Source: Ophelia neglecta
Lineage: Eukaryota
Reading direction: 5' to 3'
Assembly (NCBI GenBank): GCA_965285935.1
Contig: OZ260661.1
Location: forward strand, 129,518,001 to 129,582,000
Length of the DNA stretch: 64,000 nt
In this document: in pieces, positions 50,094-63,199 of the stretch
Position numbering within the stretch: the first letter of the stretch is position 1
Layout of the letters: every line of letters begins with the position of its first letter
Position numbers and translations under genes: made by a program
The notes under the pieces: model-generated
Database searches by the model: none
Told to the model about the DNA's origin: nothing
The model's input: the letters and a program-made list of their open reading frames with translations, nothing else

Positions 50094-53000
50094 GACACAC
50101 GTTGTTCCATTATGCCTGAACCTTAGGAATTCAACCGGTACATCTCACTGTTTTCAATAGACCTACATGCTCGTGCATGTGGCATTTAGATATAGACAGC
50201 TATATGAACTTCCGATCGGATCTATTGAGTTTTATAATAGTTACTGTATAGGGATTAAATTTCTCTGGAAGATCATTCAATAGAACCCGCGGGGGGGGGG
50301 GGGGGGAGGGGGCAAACCCCAAAGATTGTTCAGCGCTTCGTCTGCTCAAAGGGAAAAGTTAAGTGGGCTAATTGTGATATGTGAAAATGATAATTAGGTA
50401 GTTAAAATGGAATATAACAAATAAATGTTAATTTCATTTGGGCTCTCTATAGCACTGGGCATTCAGGCCACTTTCAGGAGGTACAATATGTTTATGTTAT
50501 TGCGGCCTTGGTGACCTTGACCTGGAGTGGCAGCATATGCAGGCGGGACTGGGGCGCAATTCTGTTATCAAAACACACCCTTTGATATTGTGGACTGTGA
50601 GGGTTTAAAAGCAAGCCATATAATTGGTGTCAGTAACCTCTTCACGCGAAGTGGGAGGAAGGGGGGGGGGGTGTTTGTGATAAGAGCCAGTTCAGACATC
50701 CCCCCCTCGGTAACTGTGAGACGAGATTTTTATGCGGAGGTCTGTTTCAAAGATCTTAGTGATATTTTTAAGTTTTGGGGCGCCTTCCAGGCCGTAATAT
50801 CCACCAGTCAGTCGATATGTTTGCAATCCAAGTTTTGCCAAACGCGCGGATTACTTAATAATGTCCTTATGAGAAGATTATATAAGATTATATAAGGTTT
50901 TCTCTCCCTGTTCCGTTACTTCGCGTGCCTTTTCTCGTTGAATATTTATTTTTATTACACATCTGTTTATTTACGTGTTTTTTAACTCCTGATTAAGCCT
51001 ACCATCACAAAGTACGCGGGATGCCATCATCAGCTCGCACTCTCAATGGAATTAGCCACACAATGAAGCGACCGCCGACACGGCGAGGTCGCCCCTGTTT
51101 TTCAATGCGCTATTTTTGCCAGACTTGTCACGCCCCGTGGCAAACTTAAGGCTTGTGCTAGCTATTTTTAGACGCCCATCTTCTTGCGCCTGGCAAAGCG
51201 CCGCGGGAAGCGATACATGTAATAAGTTTAGTGTGGGCCACCATGTGTTATAACAGAGGAGAGAGAGAGAAGCACAGATCTATTCAGTCAGAAAGAGAAA
51301 AAGACAGTCTACGGACGGATATATTTAAACTTTCTAACGGCGGACACTTATATAGGGAGAAGCACTGTGAAAACTCGCGCAGGGATGGCAGACGAGACTG
51401 TAGCCCATTGTGGGCGATAATTGCGGCGATTACTCTGATGATTAAATGCTAATATTTGTTCATCAGATAAATGGTGATCTGGAATCTGGAGTGAATGGTT
51501 TGCCATATGTTCACTGCATCAATAACACCGAGGCTTGAAACAACTTACTAACGGTGTCGGCTGCGCATTCCTACGCCCAGGGTTAGGTGATGTGTTTTGG
51601 GGTATAAGTAATAGCCCTTAGCATGTAAGGCAGACCCATGGTGCCGTTCATACATGACATTCGCTCGGACACCATATGGACAGTGACAAAACTCTTTCGT
51701 AGCCCGACCAGATCGGAGTTTTCAACTCGAAACAGGACTAAGCCGTTTCAACGAGAATGCTGCCTGTGCATGTGGACCCGTCGGCAGCATCTGGCTTCCA
51801 GTTTGGATTCCTAAACACTGGCTGAAAAAAGTGCAGGAAAATCCAACGCAATTCTTAGCAGTTTAGGATCCGAAAGTCCATGTACAATACCATTGGAATA
51901 TGTTTAAAAGCGTTCCAGCATTAACTACTTCTGTCTGCTTGTCAGGCTGGTAATTCCCTGCGGCGGCAGATCGCTCTCCATCAGGTTAGGAGACGGTCAG
52001 CTCGCTAGACTCTCAGTTTAAGGGTAAATAGGTAAGTAAATATAGGCCTTTAGGTATAGATAATAAGGGGAGGTTAGGGTGGTCTTCTTCCCGGTTCTCA
52101 GTTTAAAAATAGGCACTCCCCGATTCACGAATATTTAAACTCTGGATTTAAGTTAATTGTCAATGGTCACGGGAAGTTAGAGACATTTCCGGGTCACAGT
52201 AGATGATCTTTGATCCCGATTCACGAAATATTTTGGCCTTAATTTCCAGGTCAGGGTTAATTGAAAATACCGTTGCGCCGTGGGTCGGAAATACCCCAAC
52301 CTTCCCCCCCCCTCCTACTCCCCCCCCCCCCGCCCCCCGGTATAATATATGGCGTGTCGACTGTCAGTCTGGGTATGCGATTAGGAATTCTCTTCCATAA
52401 AATGTCTATTATCCACACCCCTTATCTGATTCTGCCTGGCGTTTGCTCTGCGGCAGATGTTGCACCTCATCTATAGATATTTTCTCTCCAAATGTCATGT
52501 ATATGTTATTTCCCAGTGGAGATTTTTAGCGTTGTGCTAAAAAACGTCAGGGCATTGACTCGGGGATTTGTTATGGGGATAACTGTCTCTTTGCTTCTTG
52601 TTTCCACTATCTTGATAAAGCTCCAGCACATTTTTTCCGTCGCCAGATCATTGACAGCTGTTGCATTCTATTCTGTGCAGGGCTGTATGGGATCTGTCAT
52701 AATTCATTGGGTTTCAGGAGGTGTGCGGAAGAGGTAAAAATCAGATCTATCTAAAAATGATGTACATTCTGTATAGAGTTGCCCCTGTTCCTTGCCTCGG
52801 AGTAATTTTAATAAACTTCATTTTTAAGCACAATGTCAAGCGCAGTTTTTCGTGTCCTGTCTCAACCTGCTGTTTTGATAATTATAAATTAGGTTACTTT
52901 AACAAAAAACAGGTCATGATTAGCCACAATACACACGATTCACTGTAATCTGTTTTGTCAGATATCCCTAAAGGTATGTTTATTTTCTCTTGACGTACCA

Positions 53001-53848
53001 GGCATATGGTTTCGAATACTTGAAGTGCACACCCATAGGCCTACGCAAAATGTTTACAAGTAACACTCACCCACTCCCCAGCCACCCTCCCCTCGCAATT
53101 AAATATAAGGCGAGGACGTCAAATAAACCTGCCCCTCCCCCCCCCCCCCCCCCCCCCCCCCCGAGTTCAAACAGTAAATAATGATATGTCGGTACCATGA
53201 CCACGGGCGTCCAATAGATCATACATAATATCGTCTATTGTTGGTCATGTCAGCGACGACATTGAAACCATTTTTCTTCTACAGACGGTAGACATGACAG
53301 TCAGGAAGGGTTCTAGGTGTATTTCTGATGTATAGCGCACGTATCTGGTTTCGTTGAGTCTGTACTGACCGGTGGTGTACTGCCGTGGCTCCCGAGGGCG
53401 ATTGGTCGGCCCAGGCGGACGCCGCTATCCGCCCGGCACCGCCAGGCCCCGGCCCCGGCCGTGGACACCCGATACCCCTGACCCTCCCAGCCACACCACC
53501 CTACCTCAATCACACGTCAATGGTGATGGATCACGTTCGAGGAAAGGTTAACCCTTCACATAACATGTCAGTCTTACTTGAAAGTTTAACCCTTCACAAC
53601 TCATGTCAGTCATGGTTAACAGGGGCCGGAAAGCGGAAGGCCACAGACACTTTCGGCATCATCAGTCGTATACCCGGCCCCGTGTGGCGGACAGTCCCCG
53701 ACCCCAGGGCGCTGTGTACACCCTGACAACACATTTAAACAGATCGTGTACGTCAATTGCATAACCAACCCTTATTGGAGTTTATTTGGATTTCATACAC
53801 AGCTAAGACAGCCGATCTAAGACAACAATGTCATGAATGTGGTATGTG

Positions 53849-53880
<32 letters not shown>

Positions 53881-55584
53881 CTGTATCAGCGAGGGAGGGC
53901 CGTCTGACATTTGGGGAAGTATTTAGCAGACTTTTAGGTGGTTTACTTATGTATACAGATACTTCCTGTGTAATGCATGGATATAGGCAAACTTTACACG
54001 AGATCTGCCAGCCATGAAAAAATCATGTGAAATTAATCTATTTACATATCGCCGGTTCAAAACTTTTATCATAATCAATTAAAGCATATACCGTTCTATA
54101 TTGTGCCGTTCCAAGTGGACCCGCAAGCTGACATTGCATAATTGCAGCTCTATATTAGCAAAGTTGGCGCCTATTTGTGACGGAACTAACCAAAAGAATT
54201 GTGTTCACAGCTCCACAAAAAAGTCAAACTATCTCAAATATGATTTTTCGCTGTAAGCACGTGTCTCAGAACCGTCACCCCCCCCCTCCGCCACCCCCTT
54301 TCGATGACCACTAAAACGACAAATCATATATGGCTACATAGTTTTATTATCTTGGCTACCTATATATATTCATAAATAACGATAAAACATTTGCAGAAGT
54401 TGCTAAAATATTCTAAAATTGTCTTAATACTTCTATTTAAGTATCTGAATTTCCGAATATCATCCAGATCTGCATGTCTGTTAACCGCAATTTATTTGAT
54501 TGATATATATTTATGTGTGTGTGTGTATTCTCAGAAAAGTAAATGTCCCAACAGTTATTTATACCTCACCCGGTGGCGTGTCGTGTGTATTGAGATAAAA
54601 CTTTAAAGCTAGTGTTTACCTGTCTGCTCGCTGCTTTCGGTGACTGTCGAAGGTTCTCAGGTGTTTTGTGTCTCCACATGTAAAACATTCCTGCCTATAA
54701 ATATCTCCGATTCTTTATGAAACAGGATGTGTGGCACACATAGCGTTTTACTTCCCATTATGGTGAAGGTGTAGGGAGATCCCCTCCATCACCAGGGCAT
54801 GAGACACTCCCAAAAAGGAAAATTCCTACCCATCCGCCCGCAACCCCCGCTCTTAATCCTGCCCCTATCGTCAAGATGGTTGATACAGTGTTTCACCTAT
54901 CTACTTTTATCTCTGAGAGGGGGTAATGTTATTATTAATATTTATACTTAAATGGCCAATGATTGTTATCATATTATTTATTAACGGGTTTCACCTTCAA
55001 ATCGGCACCAAACCCTCCATATCCGCTAAGCATCTAAATACTTCTTGATAAAAAGTAGTATTCACTCGGGCATTTGGCACATGTCCTTCAGGCCGGGCAG
55101 TTTGTTTTTTTACGATCGAGTCGTCAATGCATCACCTTATACTTAAACCAGCTAATGGGTTGATATAACTCTACCGTGAAATAGGGCTTGCACTTGACAC
55201 GAACTGTCTGTAGTTTTAATTCACTGTACCCTAAAATAACCCGCGATGGAAAAGTTTATACCATACTGTTTTCTCCGAAATAAAATCACCAGATATTTTA
55301 ATGTGACCTCGGTGACCTTAGAAGTCAGTCACAAGGCCACGCCACCGTCGTAGCTCCCGCCTCTCCAGTTCGCCTAATAATAACCCACATTCCTTTACAA
55401 GGAGTTGTTTGTAAACTTTTGAATCTGGGTTTCTCGGTACATTTAGTTTACACCTAACACCTTTTGTGATCATGCCACCGCCCAAGTGGTTTGCAGTGAT
55501 TTTGAGCTTAGGTTATAAATAGAAATCGGGGACAGTATCTAAGGTAATTGTGACAACGTATGACAAGTTATTTAAAGATATGTG

Positions 55585-56230
55585 TCAGGCCATGGTGCCG
55601 TGCCGTGACATGATATGGCATGACATGTTCAGTTATAAGACCGGGTTATAAGATTGGCCATGTGCTATGATAACACATGGCGATGCACGTTAAATGACAT
55701 GCTAGGGCATGGTGCTGTGCAAATACACGGTATGGCGTGTTCAATGACGAAAGTATAACATATGTATAGTGAAACCTGTGTATTAAGACCACCAAAGGGA
55801 CTGGAAAATCCTGGTTTGATTTCGGAGGTGGCCTGTTTAGACAGGTTTTTTAACATTTAAAGTATACAGCATGGTCTGATTATAGAGGTTTGTCTTTGAG
55901 GCAAGTTTCAATATATGTGATATCCTATAACAGGACGTGATCTGGTAAACCATCATTTGACATTCTGTGACATGCTATGACACTGTGTAACATGCTATGA
56001 TAACTGTGACATGCTATGATATAAGACATGCTATGACTTAACGTGTCATACTATGATATAATTATTACTTTTTTTTTCATTTCCCCCTTTTTGGCGAGCT
56101 AAACTTGCTTTGACATTGAGTGACATGCTATGACATGTTATGTGACATTCTATAACATTAGACTACACTAGTTATTATGTTATAACCTGATATGACATTT
56201 ATCACATGCTATGATATGTAATGTCATAAC
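55585..56230. repeat. Degenerate (TGACATGCTA)-type 5/10-bp repeat region interrupted by a MITE
   Basis: Iterated TGACATGCTATG / TGTGAC motifs. Confidence 0.75.
55767..55913 (-). mobile_element. Internally deleted AGACCAC-family MITE, reverse orientation
   Basis: AGTGAAACCTG..TATTAAGACCACC.AAGGGACTGGAAAAT is the reverse complement of the right arm of 21863/56691. Confidence 0.8.
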
Positions 56231-56690
56231 ATCTCGCCATTTCGTTTGACCTATACTATAACAAGACTGAATTTGACATCACCGACATTCATGATTAGTT
56301 TGTTAATATTGTATATCGGGGATAACTTTTGTCAATAAATAGTGAAAGTACTGTCTACAAATATAGATATTTATCAGTAATACCAGCGACTAGGTTACGG
56401 AAAGTATGTCATCAGCTGAGATTGATGAGATTGGGCATGCCCCCCCCCCCGCCGTGAATGCCCCATTAAAAAGATGTGTTCAGAGCAAAAAGGTTACTTA
56501 AGTGCGTTTTGCCCAAAGCCGTTTGCGCTCCTCGTGTGCAGACATCTTTTCTCTGGCTCTAGTACTTAAGTTATCGGCATAGTTCGTCACTCGTGTCATT
56601 AATTCGGTACTTTGCGTGTACCCGAATATGGGTCCAGGAAAGGGCTGGGTGAACTAAGAAAATAGAAGTAGAACAGTATTCCTTTAACTA

Positions 56691-56868
56691 CAGTGGAACC
56701 TGCCTTACAGACCACCCCTATATTCAGACCACCTGTAAATACAGACCACTAAAATAAGGACCATGCTGTATATTTTCAATGTTAAAGAACCTGTCTAAAC
56801 AGACCACCTCTAAAATCAGACCAGCATTTTCCAGTCCCTTGGGTGGTCTTAATTTACAGGTTTCGATG
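56691..56868 (+). mobile_element. AGACCAC-family MITE, 178 bp
   Basis: TA|CAGTGGAACCTG...CAGGTTTCGATG|TA; colinear with 21863-22040. Confidence 0.9.
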
Positions 56869-57129
56869 TATAATGGCCCTTCCACACTCAAGTTTACATC
56901 ATCCCCCCCCCCCCCCAGTGCTGTCTCTAACGTCAGTCACGTGGTGTTAAAATCAGCAGGGTATGGTATACTATTGGTTTTCTATACCGTGGGTGGTAAC
57001 CATACATTTTGTATTTAACAAGGTGGGCCTAGCTATTTAAAAGGCGGTTGAATCAGGCACTGCTATGAGACTACGGGTTTGAATTGGACTGTTATATGAA
57101 TCGGACAAAGTTGGGTAACTTCGCGCAAC

Positions 57130-57262
57130 TTTTAAATTCCGAGCAGGAAGTAGAATTACAATGCTACTTACTGGGCGAAAGGGAACTATGCATAAAATTG
57201 CCTGTTTAACAATGTGCGCGGAATACACCTATACTGACAGCACGAAATTAAACGATGAGCGA
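57130..57262. mobile_element. Degenerate copy of the TCGCTC-family TIR element
   Basis: ATTCCGAGCAGGAAG, GCGCGGAATA and terminal AATTAAACGATGAGCGA. Confidence 0.55.
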
Positions 57263-57598
57263 AGTTTGCCTTAATCATGTTGTTTCTAGGTCAATATCTT
57301 ACCAACCTGAACCTAATTGTCAAACTATATTATTGTATGTACATCTATTATGCCAGGTCCTATGATGAAAAGCTTTGTTTGTGGGACGATAGTATGTTTT
57401 TCGACATAAAGGGAAATCTAAAAATAATTTTGAAAAACCTCATTTTTGATGAGGTTGGGAGTATCATTTCAGACAATAGAGCATATAGAGACTGTTCACA
57501 TAGCGTAGTGATCTGATATGACAGCTGTTCTGGCTCGTCTGAATTTACTCATCTACTAGTTCGTCCGTTTACCATGTCTGTTTGTTTGTTTGTTACAG

Positions 57599-58116
57599 AC
57601 CAATGGCTGGCTAGCCACAGCTGACTTCAGGTCAACCCGGGAAGAACTGGATCAGCAGCTAAATCACAGAAGAAGCCAGTGACCGAACGCCAAGACGCCC
57701 GGCCGGCGCCCGGGAATAAAGGCGGACCAACTTGACCTTGACCTCTGGCTGACCCATTTTCAAATCTCACCAGAGAAATGGGTAATGGATAAACTATTGA
57801 CATTCCAGTGAATCTCCTTTTACTCATTCTAACGCTTCTTGCCGCGCTCGATTGAGCAGTGATTTGGCATCCGTGCTTTGAACTCGACTGGTTGAGTATT
57901 GAGCAGCTCTAGTTCTCGGCAGCTCGAGCGGAAGGAGTATCACCCGCAGACGTTGTTTACCGACTACGGCCGACAGACCCGATGGTCAACAGAGAATTGA
58001 GAGTAACCGAGCCGGCTGTTCTCTAGCCAGATATTGAGCAGTTATTGACCGCCTGATTGGCTTACTCCCCAGACAATCGGGGATATCGGATTTCAAGGAT
58101 AACAAGCCCAATTGAG
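57599..58116 (+). other. Candidate plus-strand exon (largely non-coding)
   Basis: Acceptor (TTTG)nTTACAG| at 57598, GC/CpG-rich body, strong donor GAG|GTAAGT at 58116/58117; no long ORF. Confidence 0.4.
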
Positions 58117-59882
58117 GTAAGTCGCTATGTATCTAGAAGTATCATTGTATTAATTGACCCGGAGCGTCCTTCGAGGGACGCACCTAACAGCTAATTTAAC
58201 TACATTCATCCGGATGAAAAAACTATGATAAATACCTGATTCCTTATACAAATACTTGCGCCGGAATTTGATTACTTTTATTGACATGAAAGAAAGCTTG
58301 GTACGCATTCAGAACTGGACTTATTCAAATATATTGAATTCCGTGCTGAAATAACTGAACACAAACTATTGTTAGAAAGGCGTTGTCCTCAAAGCGTTGA
58401 TCTAAAATATGCCTGATCAACTAAAACACAAATTACCGTTCAACACATTACCAAATGGTTTCTGTACCAAATCGACTCCCAGTTACTCCGAATTCCATAT
58501 ATAAATACATTTATTCATTTTTTGTTACTTTTCATTGGCATAAATGCATTTATTTATAATTTGTTAGTGTTCACTGGCCTATATAGTTTTTTTGTCGGCT
58601 TCGTGCCTGTCTGGTGTAGCCCTGTATAGTAGGTATGTTCATTCACGCCCTTGTTACAGAACTTTCTGCTGAGGGTGCATCTAGTGCGCAGTCAACACAG
58701 AACCCGTGATGAATGTCAGTTAGGTCGAGTCCGACTCGTACACTATACGAGTGGGTAGAATTACGTTTGTCTTCCGATAGCCTTTTCCTACTTGTGGCCT
58801 TCAGCCGAATGCACTGCAATGCCAATGCTGTAACATCGAGTGAAATTAACCAGAAAGTAGGTTCAACATTGATGGAAAACATATTAGGTCAAAGTCAGAG
58901 GTGAATTACAAATTTTACTTAATAGGCCTGTAGATTTTTACATCATTTTTCATAGCGACGAGTCCAAAATGTTCGTTTTGTCATTTGTAGTTTGCAGAAT
59001 TTGATCCTGGTGAAATACCAGCTATATTTAAGTAACGATGTTTTTTTTTGCCTGCGTTGAAGAAACTTCCCTGTTGACAGACAGTCAGTTTCATATTTGT
59101 CTAGTTCGACGTCTGTCCATAGAATCGTTGATGTGTATATATCACCAAAACCTTAGTCAATTCTCCGGTGGTTGTGTCGGTATATCACTAGCAATATAAT
59201 ACATGTATAGTAATAGAGGACATTTTGTCGGAGTGAAATCATAGTCCCTAATTATGGGCGAGACATGCGTGTAAACATGGCTTACAAACATTTGAGCTAA
59301 TAGACATGTCCTGCATATTTATTATGGCAAATATGTTTTCTGATGACTCGCATAAATGTGATAGGCTGTTTGTCCCGCGCTAAATGGGAAACACCATTAT
59401 TATATTGCCCTCTCATATTCATGTTGTTTTTCATAACAGAGACAATCATAGGCCCACTTTTTTTAGTTATAGTACAGGTATATGGACTATTGTGAGGCAT
59501 TTTTTTTTACCGGGAAATACATGCATTAATCCGGCGGAAATCGGGCCTTGATTTAATTCTGGCTTAGCCGCTTGACCGCTGTCCGAACTGTTAAAGACCA
59601 CCGCAGTAATACGAGGCGGAAACGGCTGATATTAATCCGCCGAGTGGCTCGGCATGATATCAACATGTCACTGGGGACTACTTATGCCAGTTTGTCTCAA
59701 TGGCTGATATGCCAATAGATTCACCTTCAGAGGGATGCTGTAAGCCGTGCAGGTGTCCCCTGGCTGTTATTCCCCCGGACTATGCACGCTATGGTACTAA
59801 GCCCCGGGGAAGGTAATATCCAAGTGTTTTGAGAGCGGCGTGGTTATTAAACAAAACCCGAGAACGCATCCTTAATAAACTA

Positions 59883-60072
59883 CAGTGAAACCTGCCTTAA
59901 AGACCACCTCCGTATTCAGACCACCTGCAAATTCAGACCACTTATAAGGAGACCCTATGGTGAAATTTAATTTGAAAGTAAATTGTTAAATAACCTGGCT
60001 AATCAGACCACCTCCATAATCAGACCAATATTTTACAGTCCCTGGGGTGGTCTTAATTTATAGGTTTCACTG
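59883..60072 (+). mobile_element. AGACCAC-family MITE, 190 bp
   Basis: TA|CAGTGAAACCT...AGGTTTCACTG|TA with a perfect TA TSD. Confidence 0.92.
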
Positions 60073-63000
60073 TATATATTTCTAGATCGGAGGACTTAAC
60101 TAATTTGTGTTGCTAGGTTAAGTGAAAGGAATCAAGTGAACCATCCAACCAGCGGACACCCATTATTTGTACACAGCCCTAGCAATGTTAAAAACCTGAA
60201 ATGACTCAGTCTCCAATTGATACATGATATCAGGATCATTGTCATGTTAGTAAAATGCCACTGAATAATTATAGGTCTGTGGACGGGTGAAAGGAAATGA
60301 ATTCTCATTTAAAAGGTGATACATTTGCTACTTGGATCAGACAATAGGCCTATACTTATTTTCAGTCTAATTTGCTTATTTCTAATCTCATGGGCATATT
60401 GGCCTCATTTCGAATTGTTGTGGACTATAAATAGTTGACGCTACCCGCCGGCGTACGTAAGAGATGGAAACTGGAAAGTTATATCAATCGAAATGGGTTA
60501 GTCAACCTGATATCGACTCCTGTGTAATTTTACAAGCTATTTCTGACGCTGCTAATGATGCTCTGGCCTAAACAGGCGATTTGGCTGCTGAAATTACCCA
60601 GAATACCTCGGCAGAGGAGCTGGCTTGTGAAATCTTTGGACGATGGCAGTGACTACTGATTGCTTGTCCAATACCATTGATTGTCCGTCACTAAGATTGG
60701 CGTCGTAACGGTTTTGGCTGAGATAATGATTACACCAGCCAGAAAAGGGGCCATCATTGCCACTTTTCAGATGTGTTCTGATGGGTTTGACCTCGCGTCC
60801 GGACGCCGAAGCAATCCCAGAAATCACCAGGAAGGAGAGCGCATTTGGGCCTTCCCAGATCTCTCCCACTGACTTTAGACATAGTTTGAACAAAGATAAT
60901 TCTTCCCGGAGAATCCAAAACATACAATAACACTCCCTCTGTCGCCATATTGATACAACACGGTCACTAAAAATACCCAAAACGGGAGTGGCAAACCGGC
61001 AGACAAAGATAAATCTTGAATCAAGAAAAGTCCTTTAAATCGGTTCAAAATCAACTGCAAACGCCAGTTACAGGCGCGCAAACGCCAATCACCAGGGCGA
61101 AGGGAGAAGTAATTATTTTGGGAGATGTTGTTAGTAGTGTGCTTAAGTGTTCAAATGGGAATGGGAAATCTTTTTTCGTTTGCATATTTTGGCTAATTTT
61201 GGAGCTGCTCCCTGCCCTGTAGTTATTTTGACAGTCTTCATACGTCATTCCCCCCTCCCTCCTAATACCCTGGTCCAGTGCCGCATTCCACATTCATGAA
61301 AACCCATTTACGATGTGTCAATTAACGGCAATGTCGCAAATTGCAGGGCTGGTCAATCTGTCAGAGATGGCAGGCCTATTGGCGGCGCTCTGCTTTAAGT
61401 CAGACGTAGGAAGCGCTGGAGACAGGCTATCAGGAACTGCGATGGCTCTAACTGAGAGACAGACAGCTTTAGAACGGGGGGCCATCAATACCATGGCTTT
61501 CAATCCCCATCAAACGACGCGCTGGTAATATCCTCGGAGCTCGGGCGCGGCTCCTGTGGGCTGGGCTGGCGGCTCCTCGCTCCCGCCGACCTTACGGGGC
61601 AGAACCATACTTGGCGGCCACTTCACTAGTCTTCATTGTATCCATCCAGAGAATGTTGCGAGACCCTGAACCTGAGTCCCTTGAAGTGGACCCTCCATTC
61701 TATACTTCGCCCTCGTTGGCCACTGCATGGACAACGAGGCGTCCAATGGAGAGGAGACTTCACTTAAATGAGGTCAGAATCGAAATGTGTGGTGTGGGTT
61801 CTTAGGAAAATGATAGCTCACTATAGTCAAAGTGGGCAGCGCCGCAGAAAATGGTTGCAAGATATTCGCGGCGATAAATACTTATGCTGACTAACGATGA
61901 AAAAGATAGGCCCTTCTAAATATCCGCGAGGTTTCATCCACCCTTGTGAATTTGCAAAAAGTCAGATTAAGCAGTACCGGGTAGGTGCTGGCAATCCAAT
62001 TGCCATACCCGCCGTCTTGCGCATAACGCTCAAATTGAAAAGATGTCTTTCATATAACATTTTAAGATTATGGCAACTGTCGTACAAAGGGTGCCTGGAA
62101 TCTCTAAGGTGGCGGTGGAGGGAAAGAGAATGCAGCCTTGACAAATGTGACAAAAAGATAGACGGCTCTTAAAGCCAAACGAAGCGTACATATCCGGGTT
62201 TGAGATTGTTATTATGTTTTTTTGGTTGTTTTTTTACTCTTGTTTCTAAGGCACCATATTTGTCGTTTTAATAGCAGCTCTGCCAATGACATTTTAGGGC
62301 CAGACCTGTCGATCAATCAAACACCAATACCCTTCCACCATGGCTGTTTCTAGTATTTGGAATTATTGCATTCTGATCAACGAATCTGAGGCCAGCGAAG
62401 CGGGGAGTAGCCTGTCACTCTTGGTGGCGTTCGGTTAGGAATCCCACTGGCTCACTGCTCGTTCTCAGATCGTCGTCTTTCATCAGCCCTTCTCGCTGAT
62501 TTCTCACCTTTCGCCGCGTGCCGTACAATGAAGGTATGCCAACAATGACTGGTAATCTTAACAACACATTCCGGAGACTCCCGCAGGCTGCTTGGCCGTT
62601 TTGGAAGGAATTCCTCCGCGGGGGGCTCCGTGTTTCCGGTTCCGACACGCGCCCGTGACACAATTGCGTTGGTCGAGCGTTCGATATGTGCTGTGTTGGA
62701 GGTGAGCCCAACACGTTACGGTTGTCTTGCTTTTCTTTCGGTTGTCCGTACACACAATGGAATCGCTGCGATTTGTCTTTTACCTAAACAATGTGTATTT
62801 TTTGGTGGAGTTAAAATATATATGAGGCCTAACATATAAAAACATAATCAGAATTTGATATTGTAAAAGCTGACAGAACTAGAGGCACGCACCCGCCAGA
62901 CCGGGCCATATGTTTTCCTGATATTCCCCCCTACCCCTATGGGCTCCACTCCCAGACCCACCCCTTACCATCCACACCATCGTAAAGAACCCCCCCCCGC

Positions 63001-63199
63001 CCCCTCCTCCGACCGCCCCCTCCCACCCCCTCCTCCGATCGCCCCCCCTCCCACCACTCCATTTTGAAAATCGTAAGCACGGGCCTAGTGATATTTTGCC
63101 CCTCTGAGGAGAGGGAAGGGTGGGTATTGCCGAGGGAGCACCCCCTTTTCCCCCAGTGTTTGGTACGAAAAACAACTTTTCTTCGACCCAGCTTTAATA

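Noticed and set aside
27678-51860. Partial matches to microRNAs recalled from memory (miR-12-like ~27680, miR-2001-like ~35628, miR-9-like ~37128, miR-219-like ~51842)
   Set aside because: Only 10-15 nt matches with seed mismatches, indels or divergent 3' halves, and no evident precursor hairpin.
55665-57018. Two similar ORFs beginning MLKNLSKQ
   Set aside because: The similarity comes from two copies of the same non-coding MITE.
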